A stretch of DNA of 64,000 bases from Eledone cirrhosa (lineage: Eukaryota): positions 179,366,001 through 179,430,000 of the forward strand of contig OZ024743.1 of assembly GCA_964016885.1 (NCBI GenBank), given 5' to 3'. The notes below the pieces were generated by a model. The model was not told where the DNA came from. It did not search any database and worked only from the letters and a program-made list of their open reading frames with translations. How positions within the stretch are numbered: the first letter of the stretch is position 1; each line of letters starts with the position of its first letter. Made by a program: the position numbers and the translations under genes. This document shows, piece after piece, positions 12,086-25,274 of the stretch.

Positions 12086-13899
12086 TCATCTATGTCTCTT
12101 TCTCGTATACATTATCTCACTCGGAATCCTTCCCTGGAAGAGATCTGCTGTATTCATACCTGGAGAGGAGATGGGCTCCACCAGGTTTAAAATATGCCTT
12201 AGAAACGCCGTGTGATAATAAGACGCTTTTACGAATCCCTCAGGAGGTTCGGATCCATACATACATAAATTCAGGAGGAACACCATCCCGGTAGGGGTTG
12301 ATATATTAGTAGTGAGAGATATATCTTCTACCACCCTAGTTTACTTTCCGCAGCACTACCACTCCATTAAGCTTATGTGGGGGAGTAGGAAATAACTGTC
12401 ACACATATCTCTATCTCTTCTAATTGTTTACCGATGTTGGCCCCGTGTTGCTTATTCGTCCGGCAGGAGCCCGCTTATATCACAACAACTATCATATCTG
12501 GTGGTCATATCTCTATCCGTCACCACCGACCGATTCTCTAGTAGAAGAGCTCTGCGGAAACATATGCATTTACTCTAATTATAACAAATGCATGATTTTG
12601 GTGAAAGACTCAATAAAACATTTCTATAATTTGCTTTAGTGTAATGTAGCAATAATTAGAATGTTTGATTCCTATAATTTCTCTACGTTAAAGTTAATAT
12701 CTCAAAGTCGGTGTCACAACAAATGGCTCTGAACTGATACACAGATTTAATCTTGTAAAGTACTTGCTACTATCGAAACCTTGGCCCCAATGTGACAATT
12801 ATATCTGAAATATCGAACGTTATATAAAAACAAAATGAATAAATTGAGTTTAAAATTTAATCCACCATTATTTGAAATAAATAAACTAACAAAACATTTG
12901 TACAAAATAGTTTTGATAAAGAAAAAAAAGGGTGAATAGAATCTGTTTTCTTTCACAACCAGCTTAAGAATCAATGGCTGCTAGGCTGGATTAAATATTA
13001 CTTTTTAATGATTTAAAAAAAAAACTTGTATTTCAATTTCATTTTTACCACGACAGTACATTTCTTTAGAATATAATTCTCTGGTAAACACAGCGTGGCA
13101 ACACAAACGAAATGTTTTGCTATGCGTGTACTAACTCTCCTTTTTACGTAGATTTACAGCAAAGAAGTATTGATTTCCAATCAACAAATCTCTAGGACTC
13201 GCCAACATTTCAACACTTCATAGGTATTTTGAATTAAGATGGACTTATTTACATTAATTACTTTTTTTGGAATTTCGAAAACTTCCAAGATTTCATTTCA
13301 AAATTATAAATTGAGATAAACACTTGCATTAAAAATAAAGTGAATCACCTCCTGATGGAAACTGCTGATTTAAATGATATTGCTTCAGGGAAAAATACAA
13401 GCGATACTGATTCTAGCATTTAAATTTCCTTCTTATTGCATGATTTTCTTCCTTTTCTCCCTTTTTCTCATAAAATACATCCCTCATATATTAACTAATA
13501 CATTCATCCTGTGTATATATATAGTTGGGTTATATATATTGTTGGGTTAAACTCATGCATGGGTCTTCTTTTTCGCCTACTTATTCCTGCCATGCGTGCA
13601 GAGTCCTCAAACACTCTTACTAGCGGGTCCTGTCTAAAGCAACGGTCTCCGCTTGAGCCGACTGGATACCCAAGCGAGACCAGCCGAGATCATATATGTT
13701 ATCCCATTTTGGTCAGCGGGCCTACAATCAGGCATAACATTTTACCCATTCTGTCCAGCCAGCTGGAAACATGAGGCAACATTCATCTGCGATTCCACAC
13801 GTCTGAGATCATTCTACTACATTATCCTTCCATATATCATTATATTAACGATGGTAGTGGGTTTGGGTTTATTTTTAATTTTAATTTTATTATTTTTAA

Positions 13900-14095
13900 T
13901 CACATGAGCAATATCGGTAGTGTTGGACAGCATGTTTTGTGGCATATAGTTAGGTCACTTTACGTTCAAGGTTAGGTTTGCCTTTTATCCTTTCGTAGTC
14001 GATAAAATTAAGTACCAGTATGGTACTGGAGTCGATTTAATTAACTTTCCTTTCCTCCAAAATTGTTAGCTTTATGCTGAAATCAGAAATGATTA
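13900..14095 (+). mobile_element. tRNA-SINE with internal deletion
   Basis: tttgccttttatcctttcgtagtcgataaaattaagtaccagt..ctggagtcgatttaa. Confidence 0.7.
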
Positions 14096-14429
14096 TTTAT
14101 ATTCCTATCAATCAGAAATACCTATACACCAGAGAGCTAATGTCCACAGTTCATGTTTTGAAGACTTTCCCAAGTGATTTATTTCTAATCTTATTAAATG
14201 TCGACTGCGGTGGCAACTAAATAAATTCTATTCTATTAAACGAACCAAATTTTAGCTTCATTTCTTTTTTATAAACGTATATATGTATATATGTCATCCT
14301 ATCTCTGTATTTCTCTCCCTCTCTTCCCTCTCTCTTTTTCTCTCTCTCGCTCTACCTATCTATATATCTATATATATATACACACACACACATATATATA
14401 TATGTCTATATAGATATGTGTGGGGGACG

Positions 14430-14615
14430 TAGAACCAGATAAATCTAGTTAAACCACTACTAAACAGAGTAGTCAATATTTGGGATAGGTGCGTATGGCT
14501 ATATTATAAGGAGTAAGAGCCCAGCGACTGAGCTCTTGCCGTTTCAACAGCTAGTTCCAAACTGGAACTAGCTGTTGAAACAGTAGGAGGTAAGCCGTCG
14601 GGCCCTCGATTCATT
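14430..14615 (-). mobile_element. Divergent Family A palindromic mini-element
   Basis: gtttc-aacagctagttcca-aac-tggaactagctgtt-gaaac; same architecture with compensatory changes in the central hairpin. Confidence 0.7.
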
Positions 14616-14639
14616 ATAATATATATATTCATATATATA

Positions 14640-14706
<67 letters not shown>

Positions 14707-14927
14707 CAACTAATACCTGAACACTTCACACGAAGTAAAACATTTCGTTTTAATCATTTTCTAACCCAGAAAAGAGAGAGAGAAACAAAAAAGGAAAAAA
14801 AAAAGATTTTTCTTTCTCATAATCGTCGCTTCCTCCCTGTTTTCATATATATATATGAAAACAGGGATATATATATATATGTGTGTGTATATTATATATA
14901 TATATGTATATTATATATATATATATG

Positions 14928-14988
<61 letters not shown>

Positions 14989-15185
14989 TACATATATCAA
15001 GTAAGAATATTTTCGAAACAGCGATTGGGTTTGAAATTATTAGAAATGTACGTCAATACTCCCATGTACGTCAATACTCATCTTTTTCCATTTCTCCGAG
15101 GGTTCTTAACCCCATTATCAGGGTAAATCATTTCTTTAATTTCTTTAGTCTAAATACGGCGATAGCTTACATTTCTAATAATAAT

Positions 15186-15280
<95 letters not shown>

Positions 15281-15403
15281 GGAATAGAATGAAACGAAAT
15301 TTCATTTCTCACTCTTAGTACGGCACTTACATACATACATACTTACATATATATATATATTATAAAAATAGACAAAGAAGCCTTTAATACATCAAAAGTC
15401 TTT

Positions 15404-15451
15404 ATTAGCCTACAATGTTTCGGCCCATTAATAAGGACTCATCAGGGCAAT
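15404..15451 (-). ncRNA. Canonical-core type I minimal hammerhead ribozyme near a pLTR 3' end
   Basis: attgcc-CTGATGA-gtcct tattaat gggcc-GAAA-cattg-TA-ggc-t-AATAAA, then (TA)n about 40 nt downstream. Confidence 0.8.
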
Positions 15452-16599
15452 TAAACAGTTAAGAAGCATTAACGGCCAGAACCACCAAAACTCAGAAGAA
15501 TAGGGAATTCATATCCATGAAAGCTTATGAGAAATATGAAGGAAAAGCATGCTAAAGCTAAAAGTTTGCAGTTACAAAAATAGATTATATGGCAAGGAAG
15601 TGAGTAAAATGTCAAACCAACGTTGAAATTACAGTATGATACAAATACATTAAATACAACATGGTAATATAATATGAGAATTACAATACAATATAATGGG
15701 TAATAAAGCTTAATATATGTATATATATATATATATATATCCATATATATATACATTTACACAAACACATACTAACACTTAATAAGTATAAATATACTCC
15801 TTATAATATAAAATAAAATAAAATAAAAAAATGACGGTGCGCATAAACTATACAAAAAATAAACTATACAAAAAATAAGCTATACAAGAAATAATATAAT
15901 AATATACAGACATCAAAAATATACAAAACTTCATCATACATATCAACAAGTTGCATACAAAGTTTTACACAGGGCAAGAAAAAATATCTTAATAAAACTG
16001 GAGTATGTTGAAAAATATATATATATACATAAATACATAAGTACATAAAGTATTGATAATAAGTATATAGGGGTATATGCAGGTTACATTTATAAAATAT
16101 TACAAAATATTATAAAATATAACAAAACAGTACCTTAAAAATCAGACATAAAATAATACGTATAATTCCATTACTTAGAAATAATATGATATATAAATAT
16201 TAATATTATAATGATAAATAATATAATAATATAAAAATATAAAAGCAGACTGGCAGAGTCAATTGAAAATGTTTAAGAGATATTTACGCGAATAATATAT
16301 TAATATAGGGAGGCAAGTTATTATGCAAAGCATATTATAGGAAGACAAAGCAGCAAGTGGTAGTGAAGAAGTAATAATGATGATGATAGGAAGACAGACA
16401 TCAAGTGGTAGTAAAAAAATAAATAAAATAAAATAAAACGAAGAACAAAAACAAAAAAAAAAAACAAGCACAGTACGTAGGTATAACGATTCATTATGTA
16501 AATACAGAAGGTATTATTATTCTAAACTAAAGAGTTGAATAGAAAACCTTATTAAATTAATTAATATGTTTTACTCCAACGCACTCTAGTATTTTAATT

Positions 16600-16688
<89 letters not shown>

Positions 16689-17575
16689 GTATGTGTATGC
16701 TTGTGAGTGTGTGTGTTACGTATTTATATGTACGCTCTCTCAGTACATTTAATGCTATGTGAGACTGTATGCCTTGTATACTTAATTGTTTTATATCTAC
16801 TTTTATCTTAATATATTTTATGGCATTATATATGTATTTTGTGAGTTTTATATGTATTTCGTAAATACAATAACCGAATTATCAGCAAATCTTTGTTTTC
16901 CTGAACATTATATCATCTGCTAAATTTGTAACGCTTAATAAGTGTGTTGGCATTATAATTCTAAAAGCGCAAACAAAAAGAAGCTGGTATATTGGTGATT
17001 GGTAGCTGTTGTAAGTTTAGAAAAATCGATAGACTTTGGTATAAAAAATATGAACTGCAGCAGATGAGGATATAATTATTGAAGAACCTCAATGTCAATA
17101 TATTCACCAGAGAACAGTTGACATGTATACGATATATCTGATCTATATAGAGGATGATGAAACTGCTCGACCGATGGTTCATATACGATTATTGATTTGA
17201 AATGAATACAAAAGCAAACGCACCAGAAAATAACTAATAGTATTCATATTTCATTTGTTACTCTCAATAACACTGACGTTTGCTTCATTCCCAAGTTAAT
17301 GTGAGGTATGATTTACTCTAGTATAAAAGAATGAAACTAAAATATATTTAGCCGATACAGCATTAAATATATTCTTGTTCAGAGAAGCGAGTTAGAAAGT
17401 TTCTTGCCTGAGTTCTACTACACAATATAAAACACCCTAGATGTTTTCTTTATATTACATAGAGAAATCATGTAAAGCTTATATTTTCGTGTTAGTGCTA
17501 CTTTACATAATAAACCTGTCCTGCCTTTGCTCTGAAGAATATATTGTAAAGAAACTATGATTATTTTTAGTAAAG

Positions 17576-17715
17576 ACTAGCAGAATGGCCCGGTGCTGCT
17601 CGGGATTTCCTCTAGGGTTCTTATATATTTGATATATATTCATCCTTATCGAGCCTCGTGAAATAAATACGTTTGTTTATATTTTGTTATTGTGTATGCA
17701 AAAGTATCTGTACAC

Positions 17716-17785
<70 letters not shown>

Positions 17786-17990
17786 GATTAAAGTATAAGT
17801 AAAGAATCGCTGCTTTCACCCTTCACGGGATGTTCTGAAACTAAAAAAATTCAATCTGTATATACACTATTCAAATATATATATACACTATACACACACA
17901 CACACACACACACACATACACACATACACGCACACACCGCGTCATAATGTCGTAATGCAGACATCCAGACATACAGATAGATCTTATAAG
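17576..17990 (-). mobile_element. Non-autonomous Helitron
   Basis: Minus-strand 3' end cccg-agcagcac-cggg hairpin, then ccattctg-CTAG|T; 5' region ataagatctatctgtatgtctggatgtctg. Confidence 0.65.
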
Positions 17991-18002
17991 GGCGCAACGT
18001 TA

Positions 18003-19951
18003 TCTACTTATATATATAACCAGCAATTTCTCTGTCTGTCTGTACGACAGTGGAAACACGTGCATAGAGAGAGAGTGAGAGTGAAAGAAAGATACAGACT
18101 ACGAGAGGGGGATAGCTGGAGGGAGAGAGAGAGAGAGTGAATAGACGCTAAAACACGTGCTACAGAAATATTACCTTCCCCTTCCTTTATAGAAACATTA
18201 CCTTCCCCTCTCCACTGACTTTGGTCACTGAGGCCGAGGGAATCTCTGGTTGCTATAGGGACACCTTGCACAAGCCAGAAGTAACCAGTTCGAGGCGGTT
18301 CTGACTTGACACCATGCGAAGAAGGTTGCCATTGAATTTGTGGTTGTTGCTGCTGATAATAAGGACCATTTGAAGAAGGTTGCTGCTGATGAGGTAATTT
18401 ATTAATCAGATTGCGCAGTTCCATAACCTACGTTTGATTTGTTCAATTTTTTTCTTCAATTTTTTTTTTTTTTTTTTTTATTTCTTATTGAAAAAATATA
18501 AATAATAAAATAAGGTTAGAAATTTAAATACAATTAAATACGATTTAATTTCTATTTCCAGCAGCCAATGTCCAGTGTTCAATTTCATGAAAAAATTGGA
18601 AATAATTAAAAAAATTGAAGTTTAACTTTTGAACATTTGTTTTGACAATACAAAAATATTTCCTTATTCACACCTAATGGTATGATTAAAATTTCATAGG
18701 AATATTTTTTTCTAACCGCCAGTTATTTATTTTCTCCTTTTTCGTTTTAACATATATTTATTTCAAAGATTTCACTGTATAGATAACATATATATTTATA
18801 CATGCATAAAAGACACACCGAGAGACGGTGAACATGTGGTGCCGAAAACATTTCTCATCAAAATCTCAACAATATCAGTATATACACTAAATTTGCTAGC
18901 AGAAAACCGCCCACCGGGTGGTTTTCTGCTAGTCTCCTTATAATATATGACCAGCAATTTCTCTGTCTGTCTGTCCGACAGTGGAAACACGTGCGCGCGT
19001 GCGAATTTTTTTGCGCACGCGTAGAGAGAGAGTGAGAGAGAAAGAAAGAGACAGACTACAAGAGAGGGATAGCGGAAGGGAGAGAGGGGGGAATTGAGGA
19101 GTGCTACAGAAACATATATACATTTCTGTGTGTGTGTAATATATATATATATACAGACACAGAAATATATATATATACACACAGAAATACATATACATTT
19201 CTGTGTGTGTAATATATATATATATATACACACACAGAAATATATATACATTTCTGTTTGTGTAATATATATATATATATACACACACAGAAATGTATAT
19301 ATATTTCTGCGTGTATATATATATATATATTACACACACAGAAATGTATATATATATACACACAGAAATATATATACATCCCTTAGCTACTGTACTGTAT
19401 CTGTTGCTATCTCTCTCTCTCCAGCTATCCCTCTCTTTTAGTCTGTCTGTTTCTCTCACTCTCACTCTTTCTCTTTGTAACACACTAACATTCCTCCCCT
19501 CTATCGCTGTGACGAATGGGGAGATGGAGGAGGAGGAGGAGAGAGTCACTTCGTCACTTCACCTCTGCCTTTCTTTCTCTCCCCTCTCACACCCTCATTA
19601 CGTACAGACATTAGGGCGGTGGATTGGCAGAATCTGTAGAGAGTCGGACACCATGCTTCATAGCATGGAGTTACGTCCCTTTACGGTCTGAGTTCAAATA
19701 CCGCCGAGGTTAATTTTGCCTTTCATCCTCACGGGGTCGATAAAATAAATTACCAGTAATGTACTGGGTAATTGCTGGCCTTGTGCCAAAAGTAGAAACA
19801 ATTATTAGAAACATTGCTTCATTTTTACATATCTAAGCATTAGTAAAATAACGAATAATTTCAAAAGTAATTTTTCAATTCCAATTGTTATGAACAGCAA
19901 AACATTAATAATAATTTTGTTCTAAGAAATATATATACATTTCTGTGTGTG

Positions 19952-20024
<73 letters not shown>

Positions 20025-20052
20025 GAAATATATATACATTTCTGTGTGTGTA

Positions 20053-20091
<39 letters not shown>

Positions 20092-20919
20092 CACACATAA
20101 ATATATATACATTTCTGTGTGTGTAATATATATATATATATATATATACACAGACAGAAATATATGGCCATTTCTCTGTTTGTCTGTCTGTCTGTCTGTC
20201 TGTCCTTCCCTAAAACTCAAATGTAGGTGCTACAGAAATATTACCTTTCCCTTCCTTTCTCCACTTTGGTACTACCAAGAGAAACACTGTCGCTATAGAA
20301 ACATTACCTTCCCCTCTCCACTGACTTTGGTCACTGAGGCCGAGGAACCGCTGGTTGCTATAGAGACACCTTGCACAAGCCAGAAGTAAGCTGTTCGAGG
20401 CGGTTCTGACTTGACACCATGCCAAGTCTACTTATAATATATAATGGGCATTTCTCTGTTTGTTTGTCTGTCCGTCTGTAAAAAATGCCAAGGAAACAAA
20501 TAGACGCGGTTTCAAATCTCAATGCTTTTCAAATTCATTACATTAATCTTTATTTATACGTTTCGCTTTACGAGGTCTCGACTTACGAGTGTTTCGGCTT
20601 ATCATTATATATAAACGTTTCTATTTCCATCGTTTTATCGTAAACGTTTATATATTTCCATCGTTATATCATAACGTTTATGTATCATAACGTTTATATT
20701 TCCGTCACTAATCTCTTTTTCTCCTTTTTCGTTTTAACATATATTTATTTCAAAGATTTCACCGTATAGATAACATATATATTTATACATGCATAAAAGA
20801 CACACCGAGAGACGGTGCACATGTGGTGCCGAAAACATTTTTCATCCAAATCTCAACAATATCAGTATATACACTAGATTTGCTAGCAGAAAACCGCCCA
20901 CCGGGTGGTTTTCTGCTAG
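18003..20919 (+). mobile_element. Tandem/nested non-autonomous Helitron array: units 18003-18932, 18933-about 20426 (composite), 20427-20919
   Basis: A|TC 5' start; repeated head tctacttata..atttctctgt(ctgt)n; 3' hairpin ccgccc-acc-gggtgg then CTAG|T at 18932 and 20919; blocks 18720-18932=20705-20919 and 18158-18317=20228-20422. Confidence 0.75.
19611..19805 (+). mobile_element. tRNA-SINE inserted in the Helitron array
   Basis: ggcggtggattggcagaatc..ctgagttcaaataccgccgagg..tttgcctttcatcc..ggggtcgataaaataa. Confidence 0.85.
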
Positions 20920-20924
20920 TGTGT

Positions 20925-21070
20925 ATATATAAAACTGAGGATGTCTGTCTGCGTGTGAATTTGAATCCCTAAAACTCGAGAACCATCCAACCGTCTGTTT
21001 TCAAACTTTACACATGTAATATTTGTGTTTCAGGGAGTGTTCTGAGCAAAACAAATTCCAAATTTTCAAT
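20925..21070 (+). mobile_element. 5' end of another Helitron-like element
   Basis: atatataaaactgaggatgtctgtctg..ccctaaaactcgag head; ccctaaaactc also at 20208. Confidence 0.45.
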
Positions 21071-21466
21071 GTATATATATATATATATATATAGTGTGTA
21101 GGTAGTAAGGTGAAATATTGGTGTAGAACAGGCAGAGTGTATATGATAGGAACAACCAGGAAATTTCGTTTACATTTGAAAAATATCTATTGCTTATCGA
21201 TACGCAATAAATATTTTTCATATGTTAACGAAACTTCCTCGTATGTATATATGTATGTATATATGTATATTTATATCCTCCGTCGACATATGAGCTTTAT
21301 ATATAATGAGGCTCGAAACAGCGGTGTCATACAGACTGTCAGAAATACAATAAACGATTTATTGGTCCGTTCTAAACCTGTCACCAATAATACTATAAGT
21401 CAGATACAGGATGAATATATAGCCTTTGACATCCAATGAAATCATTCACTTCAATTTCCTTCTGAA

Positions 21467-21654
21467 ACACGGTGCTGAAAAGTTTCCTGGCTTTGGGTAA
21501 AATAAAGTACAGGTAGATCAGTTAAAAGAAAATGAAGGATGATCAGTTAACATATCCTCCTCTCACATTCACACACTTACTGCAATGGTCCTACCTCCCA
21601 TGTAAAGCTCTACCCTTTCTATCCTTGAGCCAGGAATTTGTCTGCAGCACGTAT
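21467..21654. mobile_element. Mariner-derived MITE remnant
   Basis: Imperfect TIRs gtgctgaaaagtttcctggctt / gagccaggaatttgtctgcagcac. Confidence 0.5.
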
Positions 21655-22004
21655 TCACACAGCTAGATATACCTACACATAAACATCTCTGGTTGCAACC
21701 TATAATATTTTATCTATATAATCATTGATTAGATCGATGGAAAATATGTTTACGCATGATGATTTTATAATTGATAATATAATGCTTCAAAGAAGACCTG
21801 GGAAGGATAGTACACACATACACACATACACGAACGTGTGCACACACGCACAAACGCACACTCACTCAAATTCATATACATGCGCACGTACCAACACACA
21901 TATACACACCTGCGCACATACATGCACAAACATGCACGAATATACACTGACACACGCACGCGCACACACTCGTAAAAACATGCACACGGCCACACAGATA
22001 CACA

Positions 22005-22630
<626 letters not shown>

Positions 22631-23295
22631 TTGTGTCTTCCTCTTAATTGTTGCTTCATAATCAACCGGCCACCATCCTGGTGGCCAGGTTGTAATGTAA
22701 ACGAAACGTTTGACGTCCCCTTGTTCAATCATTCATCGTTTGAATCGTAGGAATTTGATTATGAAATTTCCCACAATCATCGACATTTGCTGGATATAGA
22801 CTCAGGAGCTACCTTCTTCTTCGCCTAATTATTCCTGGGAGGGTTCTGGGGGCAAAACCCTCAAACACTCCTTCTAGGTGGTCCTGTCAGAAGCAACCGT
22901 CTCCAACTGATCTGGTTAGATCCCTAAGGGAGACCAAGCAAGCTCATAGATACTATCGAACTATCTTGCTCGGGGTCTACTCCTGCGTCTCCTGTCGATA
23001 GTTTTTTGTTTTGATTTTTAGTGCGGGCGACTACCTTCTTTTTCTAGAAATCTATATTCTGTTATACTTTGGTGCAAGTTGATTGGTTTATATCCTGCAG
23101 TTCCGAAACTAATAGGTCGGAAACAGAACACGCTTCCTGAGTAATGTTTTCTAGATATGTTCCCTTCCTTGTGTGTATGGTTGGACCCATGTATGTATGT
23201 ATATGTATGAATGGATGTATATATGTATATATATATATGTATGTGTGTAAGTATATATGTGTGTATGTATGTATATGTATGAATGGATGTGTATA

Positions 23296-23435
23296 TGTAG
23301 GTCACACTATAACCACACGTATCTGTAGGTCACACTATAACCACACGTATCTGTAGGTCACACTATAACCACACGTATCTGTAGGTCACACTATAACCAC
23401 ACGTATCTGTAGGTCACACTATAACCACACGTATC
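23296..23435 (+). repeat. 5 x 28-bp perfect tandem repeat at the LINE 5' junction
   Basis: Unit tgtaggtcacactataaccacacgtatc; the last copy runs in frame into the LINE ORF. Confidence 0.92.
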
Positions 23436-24968
23436 GTTAACCAGGTAATACTAGAGGGGGCCATACCAAAAGATTGGTGCAGTAGCATCATTGTCAACTG
23501 CTACAAAGGTAAAGGCGATGCACTAGATAGAGGAAACTATAGAGGTATAAAGTTGATGGACCAGGTCATGAAAGTAACAGAAAGAGTTATAGCACAGCTG
23601 ATTAGGGACCGGGTGAATATAGACGAGATGCAATTTGGGTTTGTACCAGGGAAAGGCACCACTGATGCGCTCTTCCTTGTGAGGCAATTACAGGAAAAGT
23701 ACCTAGCTAAAAGTAAGCCACTCTACTTGGCATTTGTCGACCTTGAGAAAGCCTTTGACAGAGTTCCACGTGCAGTAATCTGGTGGGCTCTTAGAAAACT
23801 AGGAGTAGATGAATGGCTTGTGAAAGCGGTACAAGCCATGTATAGGGGAGCAGTCAGCAAAGTTAGGATTGGCAATGAGTATAGCGAGGAATTTAGCGTA
23901 CAGGTTGGGGTCCACCAGGGCTCTGTTCTTAGCCCTCTCCTGTTCATCATAGTCCTGCAGGCAATAACGGAGGAGTTTAAGACCGGATGCCCATGGGAAC
24001 TCCTGTATGCTGATGACCTCGCACTCATAGCTGAATCTATGGTAGAACTAGAGAATAAATTCCAAACCTGGAAGCAGGGACTAGAGAGAAAGGGCCTCAA
24101 AGTCAACATGACAAAGACTAAGGTCCTTATAAGTAGACGGGAAAACAGAACCCAGATCCCCTCAGGGAAATGGCCTTGCTCAGTATGTAGGAAAGGTGTA
24201 GGCAGGAACTCCATTCTTTGCCCCAAATGCAAACAATGGGTACACAAGAGATGTAGCGGGATCTCAGGAAGCTTAATTAAGAATGTAGGATTCACATGCA
24301 GCAGCTGTGCTGAAACAGCAAGCAAACAGCCACAGGAAACAAGTACCACCAATCTCTGGGAGGGCCCTGTAGAAACAGTAGACAGCTTCTGCTACCTAGG
24401 TGACCGAATTAGCAACGGAGGTGGGTGCTCAGAAAGTACAATAACTAGGGTAAGAACGGGATGGAAGAAGTTTAGGGAACTACTACCACTGCTAGCTGCA
24501 AAAGGCTTCTCCCTCAGAATGAAAGGCAGACTGTATGATGCGTGTATCCGAACAGCGATGTTGCATGGTAGTGAGACCTGGGCGCTGAAGGTGGAAGACT
24601 TACGTAGATTAGAGAGAAACGAAGCCTGCATGCTCCGATGGATGTGTAACAGTAATATACGTGAACGACAAAGCATAAATGAATTGAGAGAGAGACTGAG
24701 CATAAGAGGAATCAAATGCTGCGTGCAGGAGAGGCGGTTACGCTGGTATGGACATGTGATGCGTATGAAGGATGACAGCTGCATAAAAAGGTGCAGAGCA
24801 CTAGAAGTTGATGGAAACCGCGGAGTGGGGAGACCCAAGATGACTTGGGATGAGGTGATAAAAGCCGACCTTACCCAACTACACCTCTCAAAGTCAATGA
24901 CACACGACCGTGACTTCTGGCGTCACGCAGTAATACAGGGTACCCGACCTCCCATGGGTACATGCTGA
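23409..24968 (+). CDS. RTE-clade LINE reverse transcriptase (5'-truncated, no endonuclease) with inserted PHD-like finger
   Basis: YKGKGD..NYRGIKL, QFGF, AFVDLEKAFD, GVHQGSVLSP, LYADD, FCYLG, GSETW, RLRWYGHV, GRPKMTW; frame open from 23409. Confidence 0.95.
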   Translation, partial: VGHTITTRIVNQVILEGAIPKDWCSSIIVNCYKGKGDALDRGNYRGIKLMDQVMKVTERVIAQLIRDRVNIDEMQFGFVPGKGTTDALFLVRQLQEKYLAKSKPLYLAFVDLEKAFDRVPRAVIWWALRKLGVDEWLVKAVQAMYRGAVSKVRIGNEYSEEFSVQVGVHQGSVLSPLLFIIVLQAITEEFKTGCPWELLYADDLALIAESMVELENKFQTWKQGLERKGLKVNMTKTKVLISRRENRTQIPSGKWPCSVCRKGVGRNSILCPKCKQWVHKRCSGISGSLIKNVGFTCSSCAETASKQPQETSTTNLWEGPVETVDSFCYLGDRISNGGGCSESTITRVRTGWKKFRELLPLLAAKGFSLRMKGRLYDACIRTAMLHGSETWALKVEDLRRLERNEACMLRWMCNSNIRERQSINELRERLSIRGIKCCVQERRLRWYGHVMRMKDDSCIKRCRALEVDGNRGVGRPKMTWDEVIKADLTQLHLSKSMTHDRDFWRHAVIQGTRPPMGTC

Positions 24969-25274
24969 AGCATATAAACAATATGCCCCCCCCCCCCCCC
25001 ACCGCAAGGTGGTCGTGGAGATGCCACGGCAAAAAAGCACCCAGCCCACACTGTAAAGTGGACGTGTAGGCGCCACGAAAAAGCACCCAGCACTCACTGT
25101 AAATGAGGTTGGTGTTAGGAAGGGCATCCAGCTGTAGAAATCAAGCCAGATCAGTTCCTGTATGAGCAAGGCATGGTCAGCCGACCAGACACTGCCCACA
25201 ACAGGACAACCCGTCTAACCCATGCTAGCGTGGAAGAACGGACGTAAAACGGTGATGATGATGATGATGATGAT

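Larger units (their letters stand above)
23296..25274 (+). mobile_element. Young 5'-truncated RTE LINE with 3' UTR and (GAT)n tail, inserted in a minisatellite
   Basis: Uninterrupted ORF; tail gatgatgat 25253-25274; the same minisatellite on both sides; possible TSD atatgta. Confidence 0.92.

Noticed and set aside
23296-23435. 28-bp repeats as a CRISPR array
   Set aside because: No spacers; the unit is LINE coding sequence
23723-24838. Antisense ORFs of 209 and 148 aa
   Set aside because: Shadows of the RTE ORF on the opposite strand
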